Shown here: in pieces, positions 1-7,786 of the stretch
Layout: the number at the start of each line of letters is the position of its first letter
Position numbering within the stretch: the first letter of the stretch is position 1
Source of the DNA: a virus
Taxonomy: Duplodnaviria; Heunggongvirae; Uroviricota; Caudoviricetes
DNA: 11,965 nucleotides
Strand: one strand, 5' to 3'
IMG/VR virus record: IMGVR_UViG_3300048672_001143
Location: 75,884 to 87,848 of that record
Program-made: the position numbers and the translations under genes
Notes under the pieces: model-generated
What the model was told of the DNA's origin: nothing
The model's input: only the letters and a program-made list of their open reading frames with translations
Databases searched by the model: none

Positions 1-19
1 TTCCTTCCCAATAGAGTGT

Positions 20-38
20 TTAAGCTATTATAGCTTAA
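20..38. other. Inverted repeat just downstream of the 662-aa gene (possible weak terminator or protein-binding palindrome)
   Basis: TTAAGCTA-TTA-TAGCTTAA: perfect 8-bp stem, 3-nt loop, 4 nt after the double stop. The stem is AT-rich and there is no U-tract on the minus strand. Confidence 0.3.
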
Positions 39-45
39 CTACTTA

Positions 46-2034
46 CTATTGGATAGCCCGTGGAGTATATGGGGCTTCCGGATGCTTTAAGTTGTACGCC
101 TGGATAACCGTTTGCTTCCACTCATCTGGCCGGTCTGGGTCCTGTAAAGCCGCCGTCAGGGCCTGTAAACGAGTTTGCTGCGCCTGCTTATCTGCTACGG
201 GATTTAACTCCTCTCCGGTAGCCTGATTGAAAGTGTGTGCCTCGCTTCTAGTACCGAGCATAGGATTAGCCGGGTCTATTGGGACCTGCAGAATTTTAGT
301 TACGTTATTTGTTTTTCCCGCGAGTTCTTGTTTCTTCAACTCGCGGTCAGCTTCGTCTTTCTGCCGGTCGTATACAGCTGAATTTTTAGCTATCTCAGCG
401 TTTTGCGCTAATGTTTTGTTTTGCAAATCGTAGTTCTGTTTAGCTTGTAAAGCGTGAGCCCTTATGCCTAATAATTCTTTCGCCGCATTCTGCCGGCGTT
501 TAGCAGAACCAAATTGCGTGGGCGTCATATCCCCGGTAGCACCACCGTTTAAGGCAATGTCTTGTAATTTATCCAGCTCCGAGGGTTGTGTAGGTTTACC
601 GTCCCCGTATTTTTCAGCCATTTTTCTGGTATTTTCAGCATCCCGGGCAAAACGCGCTTCTTTTTCAGGATTACTTAGCCCACCCGCGGCTACCATTGAA
701 TTAACTCGCCGAATGCCCGCGGTATTGCCTGATTTTATATAGCTACCGTTCCCCAGATTCGCGTAGTTGGAATCGTTAGGCATTAAGGTTTGCCCAGTTA
801 GCTGAGCTGGAGGTTCTTGCGCTTGAACAGCAGGTGCTGAGGTAGGTTCCGATTTTGTATCCGGCACGGCAGCGGGTACCTCTTGGCTCGGCTCTGGGGT
901 ATTTGCCCCGTCAAAAAACTGTTTGGCCGCGCTGCCTTGGTACCCTATGGCGTCCCCTATTTTTCCAACGCCTTCAACTGCGGCGCGCGTTAAAGCTGGC
1001 GCTGTTTCTGCCGGTAAGCCGAATAACTGCCGCTTAGCATTTTCAGTATCGCCGAGGGCGAAAGTTTTAGCTGCGGTGACCACATTGCTGAAGGGGGATT
1101 TTCCAGAATTGTTATAGATCGCATTATTAGCCGCGCCTAAAGCTTCTCCTGCGAGAGCACCTTTCGCTAATCCGCCGGCTAAACCTGCGGCTCTCGTTAG
1201 CATGCCCGGATTCGCTGACCGAATACCCGCAGTAGTATTTTGCCCTGCTTGAAAGGCTTTAGCTTCCGGAGACATAGTTTCTAGGTTCAATGTTCGGACT
1301 TTTGGTGCCACAGGTTCTGGTACTTCAGGTACCGGCTGATCCGTTAGCGCCAAAGATTTCTCAGGCGCTATGCTACCAGGGTAATTTGGGCGCGCGGTAA
1401 AACCTTCCCCTTCCACTTCTCCGCCGTTAGCAAATCCTTGAAGATCAGTATTCTCTAAAAAGCCGATATTACCGACTTGGCTTGGTTGTGAATTAGATAC
1501 CATTTTCTCCCGCAGTAGCCGGTCTTGCCCGGCGAATATGCCTTTTTTGACCCCTGCAGAATCTGTAGTCCCACAAGAGAATCCCTGTAGCAGGTTATTT
1601 TTTATCGGGGCGTTAAATCCTGTTGAACCCGTTGGTACTAAATCTGAAGGATCCTGGTAAACCGGTTTTACCGCCGCACCAATTGCGGCCTGTGAACCGT
1701 TGTCCCCCATCAACTGTTTAGCCGTATTATTTACATTTGGCGTTTCGAAAGTAGACTCCGGAGTACTTATTTTTGGAGCCGAAGAAAGATTCAATTGGGT
1801 ACCGAATTGTGAAGGCTGGCTCGAGAATGAATTTCCGCTTCGGTAAATTCCGGAGGATTTTACTTCTCCTCCGTATCGATAGCCCTGGGTATTTTGTTGT
1901 CTCATTTTTAGACCTTCTCGGTTTGCTTTTGCAAGGTTTTCAGCGCCTAATAACGCTACGGCTTCTTTATTCATTACGTGCTCCCCCGGTGTTAGAAGAG
2001 CCGGAACGGTATCGGTTGGTCCTGGTTTTGGCAT
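46..2034 (-). CDS. Probable phage internal virion / DNA-ejection protein (662 aa)
   Basis: ATG at 2032-2034 with GGAG (2041-2044) 6 nt upstream; tandem stops TAG-TAA (46-48, 43-45). N-terminal motif TDTVPALLTPGEHVMNKEAV resembles the 'DS/TVPAMLS/TxGEF/YV' motif I recall from phage tape-measure and internal virion proteins. Also has QG[FY]xxG repeats, a GxxxG zipper and an Ala/Gln/Lys-rich helical C-terminal half. It is the last gene of the tail module. The CDS is secure; the function is inferred. Confidence 0.65.
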   Translation of the reverse strand: MPKPGPTDTVPALLTPGEHVMNKEAVALLGAENLAKANREGLKMRQQNTQGYRYGGEVKSSGIYRSGNSFSSQPSQFGTQLNLSSAPKISTPESTFETPNVNNTAKQLMGDNGSQAAIGAAVKPVYQDPSDLVPTGSTGFNAPIKNNLLQGFSCGTTDSAGVKKGIFAGQDRLLREKMVSNSQPSQVGNIGFLENTDLQGFANGGEVEGEGFTARPNYPGSIAPEKSLALTDQPVPEVPEPVAPKVRTLNLETMSPEAKAFQAGQNTTAGIRSANPGMLTRAAGLAGGLAKGALAGEALGAANNAIYNNSGKSPFSNVVTAAKTFALGDTENAKRQLFGLPAETAPALTRAAVEGVGKIGDAIGYQGSAAKQFFDGANTPEPSQEVPAAVPDTKSEPTSAPAVQAQEPPAQLTGQTLMPNDSNYANLGNGSYIKSGNTAGIRRVNSMVAAGGLSNPEKEARFARDAENTRKMAEKYGDGKPTQPSELDKLQDIALNGGATGDMTPTQFGSAKRRQNAAKELLGIRAHALQAKQNYDLQNKTLAQNAEIAKNSAVYDRQKDEADRELKKQELAGKTNNVTKILQVPIDPANPMLGTRSEAHTFNQATGEELNPVADKQAQQTRLQALTAALQDPDRPDEWKQTVIQAYNLKHPEAPYTPRAIQ

Positions 2035-2062
2035 TTTATGCTCCAGTTAATTTGGTATTATT

Positions 2063-2090
2063 ATTATAGCGCACTGGTAAAAATATAGAA
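2063..2090 (-). promoter_or_regulatory. Putative sigma70-type promoter upstream of the 662-aa gene
   Basis: Perfect TATAAT on the minus strand (2063-2068) in the longest intergenic gap (63 bp, AT-rich), ~28 nt before the ATG. The -35 candidate TTCTAT (2085-2090, 16-nt spacer) is poor. An AT-rich spacer can contain TATAAT by chance. Confidence 0.4.
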
Positions 2091-2097
2091 CCAAATA

Positions 2098-3585
2098 CTA
2101 GTACTCAGACACTGTAGCGATCATATTAACCCCGGTTGGGGGGCCTGACGTTGAATTATCTAGGTATAAACTAGCCCGGTGCGTATATTTTTTATAGTAC
2201 CGAGTACCATCTGAACTTACTAACGTGGGCGCGGTAGTATTAATCAGAAGGGTATAATAGTGTAGCTCGATAACTAAAGTCTTTCCGTCGAAGGCGTATC
2301 CGCCGCCGTTACCTTCGGTAAGAAATATGGGGTACGCAGGGGAGATACCCACACCTTTGGCGTAAGGGCTACTAATATAGTTGTCTATCTGCTGCTCTAC
2401 TAAATCATTAGTATCGTAGAGCGTCCCTTTAAAGAATATCTTAAACGTATAAGCGCCGAAGCCGGATCCTGGGCTAGACTCACCGCCTTTACGGTATACA
2501 TAAATATCACGATCGGAATCTACGTATAGATAATCTGTTGTATCTAAAGTTTGTAACGAGACTGGTGCGATAGCCGGTTCAAGGGTAGACCCGACCAGTT
2601 TCTTCACCGTTACTGTAGGTACTCCGGTAATGGCAGCTATAGAAGCATAAAACGTGCCGCCGATGTTAAAATACCCGTTAATAGACCCACTCGCGGGGGG
2701 TTGTGAATAGAAAGTAGTAGTGGTAAAAGTAGTATAATCATCCGTGAATGTTACTTTAAGGCCCATTGAAAAATCTTCTGCCGAAAAAGGCGGGTCCGAA
2801 GTAAGAATAACGAGATTTTTTGGATCCCCTAAAAAGCATGCCCTGGCATTTAACGTGCCTACCGTAGTAGATGGGCTAAAAAGCAAAACGCTTCTCAAAT
2901 ATGTCAAGGGGATATTTTTTGGGACTAGTGGGTCTTTCCTGTTTGGTATGGCCCCCATATCGTAAACATCTAGCCAAACTTTACCATCCGTTTTGCTAAA
3001 AACTAAAGTAGTAAACCGTGTCTTTGTATACGCCGCGTTGAGAACTATGCTGGATAAGTGCTCCGGCCTCAACAAATTGGCCGTAATGCTGCCGCTTATG
3101 CATGCGCGGTTTGCTTGTAGGCTAACGGCCCTGGTAAATTTTGAATCCGTCCAGTAAAACTGCTGATCGCCCAAGATGTTATTAACGTCTATGTATAGAG
3201 AATCCGCGTTCAACGCATTGCCGCCGAGGCCTGCGTAGTATTTATCATCCGTAACTTCATGCAGCCCCGGTTTTACGGTTATTCTTTTTTCCCGATGAAA
3301 ATTATCGACATCCGTTAACGCCACCGTGCTAAATCTATCAGGGTATGTAATAACTAGACCGCCGGCAGCGGCCTTTATGTGGATTCTATTGGGCCGGGTA
3401 TCAATACGGATGGTAACTGATACCGTTGGGGAGTACGTGGCCGATAGGGGCCCCGCAGTATTCCCGAGCATCAATTTTAATTGCGCCTTAGCATAACCGA
3501 GCCAAATAGCTCCCGCAGAAACATCCCCCTCATACGATATAGAGGTTGCGCCAGGATCTTGCCAAAGTCTTGTATTTCTTGCCAC
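2098..3585 (-). CDS. Hypothetical phage virion-associated protein, beta-rich (495 aa)
   Basis: Long ORF with a GTG start 2 nt after the upstream TAA (3588-3590), consistent with reinitiation. A ~75-aa N-terminal alpha/beta segment ends in an AAAGG linker and is followed by a Tyr/Thr/Gly-rich, beta-strand-like body. Function unknown. Confidence 0.6.
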   Translation of the reverse strand: MARNTRLWQDPGATSISYEGDVSAGAIWLGYAKAQLKLMLGNTAGPLSATYSPTVSVTIRIDTRPNRIHIKAAAGGLVITYPDRFSTVALTDVDNFHREKRITVKPGLHEVTDDKYYAGLGGNALNADSLYIDVNNILGDQQFYWTDSKFTRAVSLQANRACISGSITANLLRPEHLSSIVLNAAYTKTRFTTLVFSKTDGKVWLDVYDMGAIPNRKDPLVPKNIPLTYLRSVLLFSPSTTVGTLNARACFLGDPKNLVILTSDPPFSAEDFSMGLKVTFTDDYTTFTTTTFYSQPPASGSINGYFNIGGTFYASIAAITGVPTVTVKKLVGSTLEPAIAPVSLQTLDTTDYLYVDSDRDIYVYRKGGESSPGSGFGAYTFKIFFKGTLYDTNDLVEQQIDNYISSPYAKGVGISPAYPIFLTEGNGGGYAFDGKTLVIELHYYTLLINTTAPTLVSSDGTRYYKKYTHRASLYLDNSTSGPPTGVNMIATVSEY

Positions 3586-3587
3586 TG

Positions 3588-5489
3588 TTATGCCGTTGTA
3601 GCTAAGGACACCATCGAATTCAAACTTTGTAAAGCCGCGGACGCCATGTTCGAATACCCAGTAGCTATGCTTTCCGTTTTCTTCAGGTCGAGCTCGGTAT
3701 AGCCTTGACTCAATCGGTAGAAATTTGAAAGAGACTCGACATTCCCCTTAAACGCCTCGATTCTTGCTTGAATAAACGCGATATCTTTTTGCAAAGCGCC
3801 TTTATAGACTTCCAAATTAGCCTCGACGTTTGTTTTATACACGTCTAAGCCCAGTTTCTTTATCTCCGCCTCAGAAGTAAATTTCTGAAGGGCAACTTCA
3901 GCCGTTGTTTTATACGCATCGATTTGGGCACCATACTGCGTTATCTTGGCCACATTGGTCTTCGAATCGGCATCTAGTATGGCTTTTTGCACATCAACTT
4001 GGATATCGATGGCTTTTAATTGCGCTTCGTAAATGCTCAGCTTAGAAAGTTCCCCTTCTAGCTTAGCTTTATCCCCTTCGATGGCCGCTTTATACGCTTC
4101 AAAAGCAGCTACTCTGGCCCGTACATTAGTTTCAAATACTTGAGCTCTGACGGAATATTCTTTTATCTTCAGTTCTTCAACTGAAGTTCGTTTTGCAATG
4201 GCATCAATAATCGCGGCATACCGTTGGACTTCCAATTGCTGGAATTCGATTTGCGTTTTAGCCGCCTCGACTTGCTTTATCTCGACATCAGAGCGTAATT
4301 TGAGCGCTTCAAGTTGGACTTTATAGCCTTCTAATCCAGATAGAGCCGCTTTAAGCTTAACCTCGTATTGCTCATTCAGAACCTTTACAATGGAAAGAGC
4401 AAATTCATGCCTGGAGCGTTCGTGCTCAAATAATGTTACGACCTTATCCGATATTTCTTTGGACAAAACCGTGGAAGCCTGGATCATCCCCAATCCTGTT
4501 TGGGCATATTGCACGGCCAGACTTCGTACCTGCTGCATTTGGGTAGATGCTAAATTCAATATAAACTGCAGGTGCTGGATCTCTGTCTTGCGACGCTCGA
4601 TGTAAACTTCTGTAGATTGCCCTGCTAGCGTTTTAGCACCTTCTATCCGGGCTTTATTAAGCGCCGAAGTTATAGCACCCGGAGGGATAATAAATCCGCG
4701 TTTATGCGCCATATCCAGGGTTGTTTTCTCTGAGGCTTTATACTCGTCTTCAGCCCTGGCCCTTGCCCGTGAATACAAAGCGGCTTCGAATTGCGTAGGT
4801 AACACTTCGCCGTTTATTCCGGAAAGTATCTTTCCGTTTATGGCTTCCCTCTGGGAATCATATTCCGGTGCGTATTTTTGAACCCACGACTCGACTATGT
4901 CGTCTATGAAGGCTTTCATCTCTGGCAAAGCAGTTTCGTAAGTGGCCTTCATGTACGCCGCGTAGTCGGTAGGTGCTGGAATTGCCTCGGGAATGGTTAC
5001 CGGCTCGTAATCCGGCAATTGTAAAGCTGGTGGTGCGCTTATGGTTATGGGTGTTATCTGCGGTAAATTTACAGCCGATAAAACTGGTGTAGCCGTATTA
5101 ACTAAATCATTGTAGATAGCATCCACTTTTAAATCCGGAGGCGCTTCATTCCAATCGGGGATGGTGCTCGATGGTAAAGTCTCAGTAAATAAACCAGAGG
5201 TATTTATGGTCGGCGCGGAAGGGAAAGCAGGCGCAGAAATGCTGGGCAGTTCTACTAAAGTAGGAACACCCGGCAAAGTACCAGTCGGTGGAGTATACGT
5301 AGGAAAAGGGGTCTCATCCGCAGGTACTGTTTTATAAGAGGCTCCGAAGGCCGATGGCTCTAAGGATAGTATAGAATATCCTATGCTACCTCTATTTGCC
5401 CCTATTTCCGCTATCGCTTCAGAAGCATTTGCAGAGAACTGATTCGCTCTATCTACCGCTATACCGACTAACTGGTCTACTGATGCCAT
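3588..5489 (-). CDS. Phage virion protein with Pro-rich linker and long coiled coil (633 aa); candidate tail needle / ejection conduit
   Basis: ATG overlaps the upstream stop (TAATG at 5487-5491). About 25 Pro in ~122 aa (4962-5330). A 217-aa segment (3717-4367) has Tyr residues spaced at heptad/hendecad multiples. Small-residue amphipathic C-terminus. Confidence 0.65.
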   Translation of the reverse strand: MASVDQLVGIAVDRANQFSANASEAIAEIGANRGSIGYSILSLEPSAFGASYKTVPADETPFPTYTPPTGTLPGVPTLVELPSISAPAFPSAPTINTSGLFTETLPSSTIPDWNEAPPDLKVDAIYNDLVNTATPVLSAVNLPQITPITISAPPALQLPDYEPVTIPEAIPAPTDYAAYMKATYETALPEMKAFIDDIVESWVQKYAPEYDSQREAINGKILSGINGEVLPTQFEAALYSRARARAEDEYKASEKTTLDMAHKRGFIIPPGAITSALNKARIEGAKTLAGQSTEVYIERRKTEIQHLQFILNLASTQMQQVRSLAVQYAQTGLGMIQASTVLSKEISDKVVTLFEHERSRHEFALSIVKVLNEQYEVKLKAALSGLEGYKVQLEALKLRSDVEIKQVEAAKTQIEFQQLEVQRYAAIIDAIAKRTSVEELKIKEYSVRAQVFETNVRARVAAFEAYKAAIEGDKAKLEGELSKLSIYEAQLKAIDIQVDVQKAILDADSKTNVAKITQYGAQIDAYKTTAEVALQKFTSEAEIKKLGLDVYKTNVEANLEVYKGALQKDIAFIQARIEAFKGNVESLSNFYRLSQGYTELDLKKTESIATGYSNMASAALQSLNSMVSLATTA

Positions 5490-7315
5490 TATTTAACCCG
5501 CCTTTGTAAAATTTCGGGCAAATATTCTAGCCCTTGTAATTCGTGGATGCCTTCGATTTTGAAGGCCCAATATCTTCCTTTATTTCCTCTACCTGGATGC
5601 GCTTTTCGGCCCTTGAATGCTGATCTTACGCTTGGTTTATTGTTCCCATCCACGATCGGGGTTACTGTGTAGGTATCGTCCCCGTTCAAATATACGTATG
5701 GGACATTCTTAGACTGGAAGATGCCAAAATCCGTTTCCTTGGTGGTTATGCTGCTAGCTATTTCTTGAGTGCCATCAAGAGTTCCGTCTAATAGATACAG
5801 TCCATCTGCGGCTACGCCGTATTGTTTATCCGCCACGGTAACGATATGTGAAAAAGGATAATTAGTATATCGGCTAACTTGATTATTCAGGATGTTCATC
5901 ACGAAGGCTTCTGAATAAGTATACGTGCTTGTGAATCGGATAGTAGCCGATGTCGAGAAGCCTTGTCCTAAAACCGTAGATCTGGCTAATGTAGAAGTAA
6001 ACCCACCACCGGTTATCGCTATGCTTACTGGCGCTATGGTTTTAGAAACTAAGGTTGAACTAAATCCCCTACCGATTACAGCTATGTGCTCCGCCGTTAG
6101 CGTCGTACTTACCAAGGAGGAACTGAATCCTCGCCCAGTTACTACCGCTCCGCCAAAAATACTTGCTTGGGTAGAAAACCCTCTCCCGGATACTTTACCA
6201 TCGAATGAAGCGGAAAAACTAAAGTTTAAATTAGTAGAAAATCCTCTTCCGGTTACTGAAAACTCATTGTTTGGTACGACGGTTATTACCGGGGCCTGAG
6301 AGAATCCCCGGCCCGTTACTACAGCCCCGCCAAATATTTCCGGAGAGGTAGAAAAACCATTTCCTAGAACCGTCGTAGGAAAATCCGGTGCATACAAGAT
6401 GCTCGGAGCCGTCGAAAACCCCCTACCCGAAATCGAAGCGTTTGGAACATTCAACTGAGATAGGAATCCTCGGCCTGTTACATTGGTTATGCTCGGGTTA
6501 AACAAAGGCAGCTGCCCAGCGATTGTTAAACTACCGGATGCCGGTGTACCGTTAAAAGGTACCGTAGAAGTCGTTACAACCGTTGGAGTAGCCCCGACCA
6601 TAGCCATGGGCCTAGATACCGCTGTTCCTATAAAACTTGGAGAACTGTCCGGAAATGGAGCCCCTGGAACCGTAAAATTAGCAGTGTAGCGAGCAACCCC
6701 TTTAGTTACTCGTATTTCTTCGAAATACCCAGATACTAAAAAAGACCCTGGCGCCGAAGAATCACCACCAATAGTCGGGGCAGAGGCGCCATTATTGTAG
6801 TTTGTGGTATCCGTATAACTTGACCCTTCCTGAGTACCGTTGACGAATAGCTTAGTTGTTGTACCTGACCGGCAAACCGCTACGTGGTACCAAGTACCTC
6901 CCGCCAAAGTTGTGGTACCGGATATCCGATCGGCCCCGTTTACGTAATAAGCTATGTTAGACGAAAAAACGTAGATATTTGGAAACGGCCCGTCTGTTCC
7001 GAAAGGGCGTTGGTCGAATAAAGTAGAATTCGATAACGAGGTATCGGAACGGAACCAGAACTCGATGGTAAAGTCACCAGTCCCATATACGAAAGGCCCC
7101 ACCCCAGAGGCGCCATTTACCGATAAATACCCCGATAGTGAGGCATCCATTCGGCAAGAAGCTCCTCCGAATACGGATTGCGCCGTAGAAACTTGCGCGT
7201 TTCCGTTTGCGGTTACCGTGTTTGGCGTAGGCGCATTATCTGGGAACGAGGTACTGCCATTAGTACCGTCGCAATGCAGTAATAAGCTTACATTCGAATA
7301 AAATGGATCCGCCAT
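5489..7315 (-). CDS. Tail protein: N-terminal LamG/Concanavalin-A-like lectin domain + GRGF repeat stalk + phage tail C-terminal domain (608 aa)
   Basis: aa 1-~224 carry Laminin_G_3-type motifs common in phage tail proteins (VSLLLHCDG, GDFTIEFWF, WYHVAVCRSG, LFVNG, GYFEEIRVTKGVARY). Ten G[RNGQ]GF repeats follow, then a C-terminal domain (ETDFG..K, GRYWAFKI). ATG directly abuts the upstream TAA (7316-7318). Confidence 0.75.
   Translation of the reverse strand: MADPFYSNVSLLLHCDGTNGSTSFPDNAPTPNTVTANGNAQVSTAQSVFGGASCRMDASLSGYLSVNGASGVGPFVYGTGDFTIEFWFRSDTSLSNSTLFDQRPFGTDGPFPNIYVFSSNIAYYVNGADRISGTTTLAGGTWYHVAVCRSGTTTKLFVNGTQEGSSYTDTTNYNNGASAPTIGGDSSAPGSFLVSGYFEEIRVTKGVARYTANFTVPGAPFPDSSPSFIGTAVSRPMAMVGATPTVVTTSTVPFNGTPASGSLTIAGQLPLFNPSITNVTGRGFLSQLNVPNASISGRGFSTAPSILYAPDFPTTVLGNGFSTSPEIFGGAVVTGRGFSQAPVITVVPNNEFSVTGRGFSTNLNFSFSASFDGKVSGRGFSTQASIFGGAVVTGRGFSSSLVSTTLTAEHIAVIGRGFSSTLVSKTIAPVSIAITGGGFTSTLARSTVLGQGFSTSATIRFTSTYTYSEAFVMNILNNQVSRYTNYPFSHIVTVADKQYGVAADGLYLLDGTLDGTQEIASSITTKETDFGIFQSKNVPYVYLNGDDTYTVTPIVDGNNKPSVRSAFKGRKAHPGRGNKGRYWAFKIEGIHELQGLEYLPEILQRRVK
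5951..6481 (-). repeat. Ten imperfect [VI]xG[RNGQ]GF protein repeats in the 608-aa tail protein
   Basis: Motif-to-motif spacings are 16, 21, 17, 21, 21, 17, 21, 21 and 14 aa. IFGGAVVTGRGFS occurs twice, 59 aa apart. Confidence 0.9.
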
Positions 7316-7774
7316 TTACGTAATGCTAATCCAGCCAGAAGCCGGGGTATTTACCGTAAAGACATCCGCAGTAGAACTGACACTAGAGCCACTCCCCGCG
7401 GTATTCAAATCGACGTACCACAGTAGCTTTGCTGTAGTCGCATAAGTCGCTGCGGTTACCGGCTGTATACATACTAAATACTTAGCCGTAATGGTGACCG
7501 GGTTCCCGAAAGCTGCGTTGGAAGAATTCAGCCAAGTTACCCCAGAGGTGTTATTTACGGCCGGAGAAGGTACGTTAATGGGGGCACCGTTTCCAGACGT
7601 TATGACGTTGGCGCCGAGGTCTGCTGCTGTAGTATGAGTAGCTACCGGCGTATACCCACTAGTTACCAGGACAAACATGCAACTGCCGGCAGTACCGTCG
7701 TCCCATTGCCGGTCCGCCGTCCCCATTATTACGTCCAGAAACTGATTGTATTTAGTAACTGTTCCAACGGCCAT
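7316..7774 (-). CDS. Small phage virion structural protein (152 aa), probable fibre/collar subunit
   Basis: AGGA (7782-7785) 7 nt before ATG. Motifs LVTSGYTP..H, TITAKYLV, LLWYVDL, SST..FTV..P..G match a widespread beta-rich phage structural family as I recall it. Gly/Thr/Ala-rich. Confidence 0.65.
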   Translation of the reverse strand: MAVGTVTKYNQFLDVIMGTADRQWDDGTAGSCMFVLVTSGYTPVATHTTAADLGANVITSGNGAPINVPSPAVNNTSGVTWLNSSNAAFGNPVTITAKYLVCIQPVTAATYATTAKLLWYVDLNTAGSGSSVSSTADVFTVNTPASGWISIT

Positions 7775-7786
7775 TGTCGTTTCCTA

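Noticed and set aside
46-5489. Calling the 662-aa or 633-aa protein a siphovirus tape measure
   Set aside because: They share only a short motif or coiled-coil character. No tail tube or tail assembly chaperone/frameshift pair is evident, and the nozzle-like gene favours a short tail. This is not fully excluded without flanking sequence.
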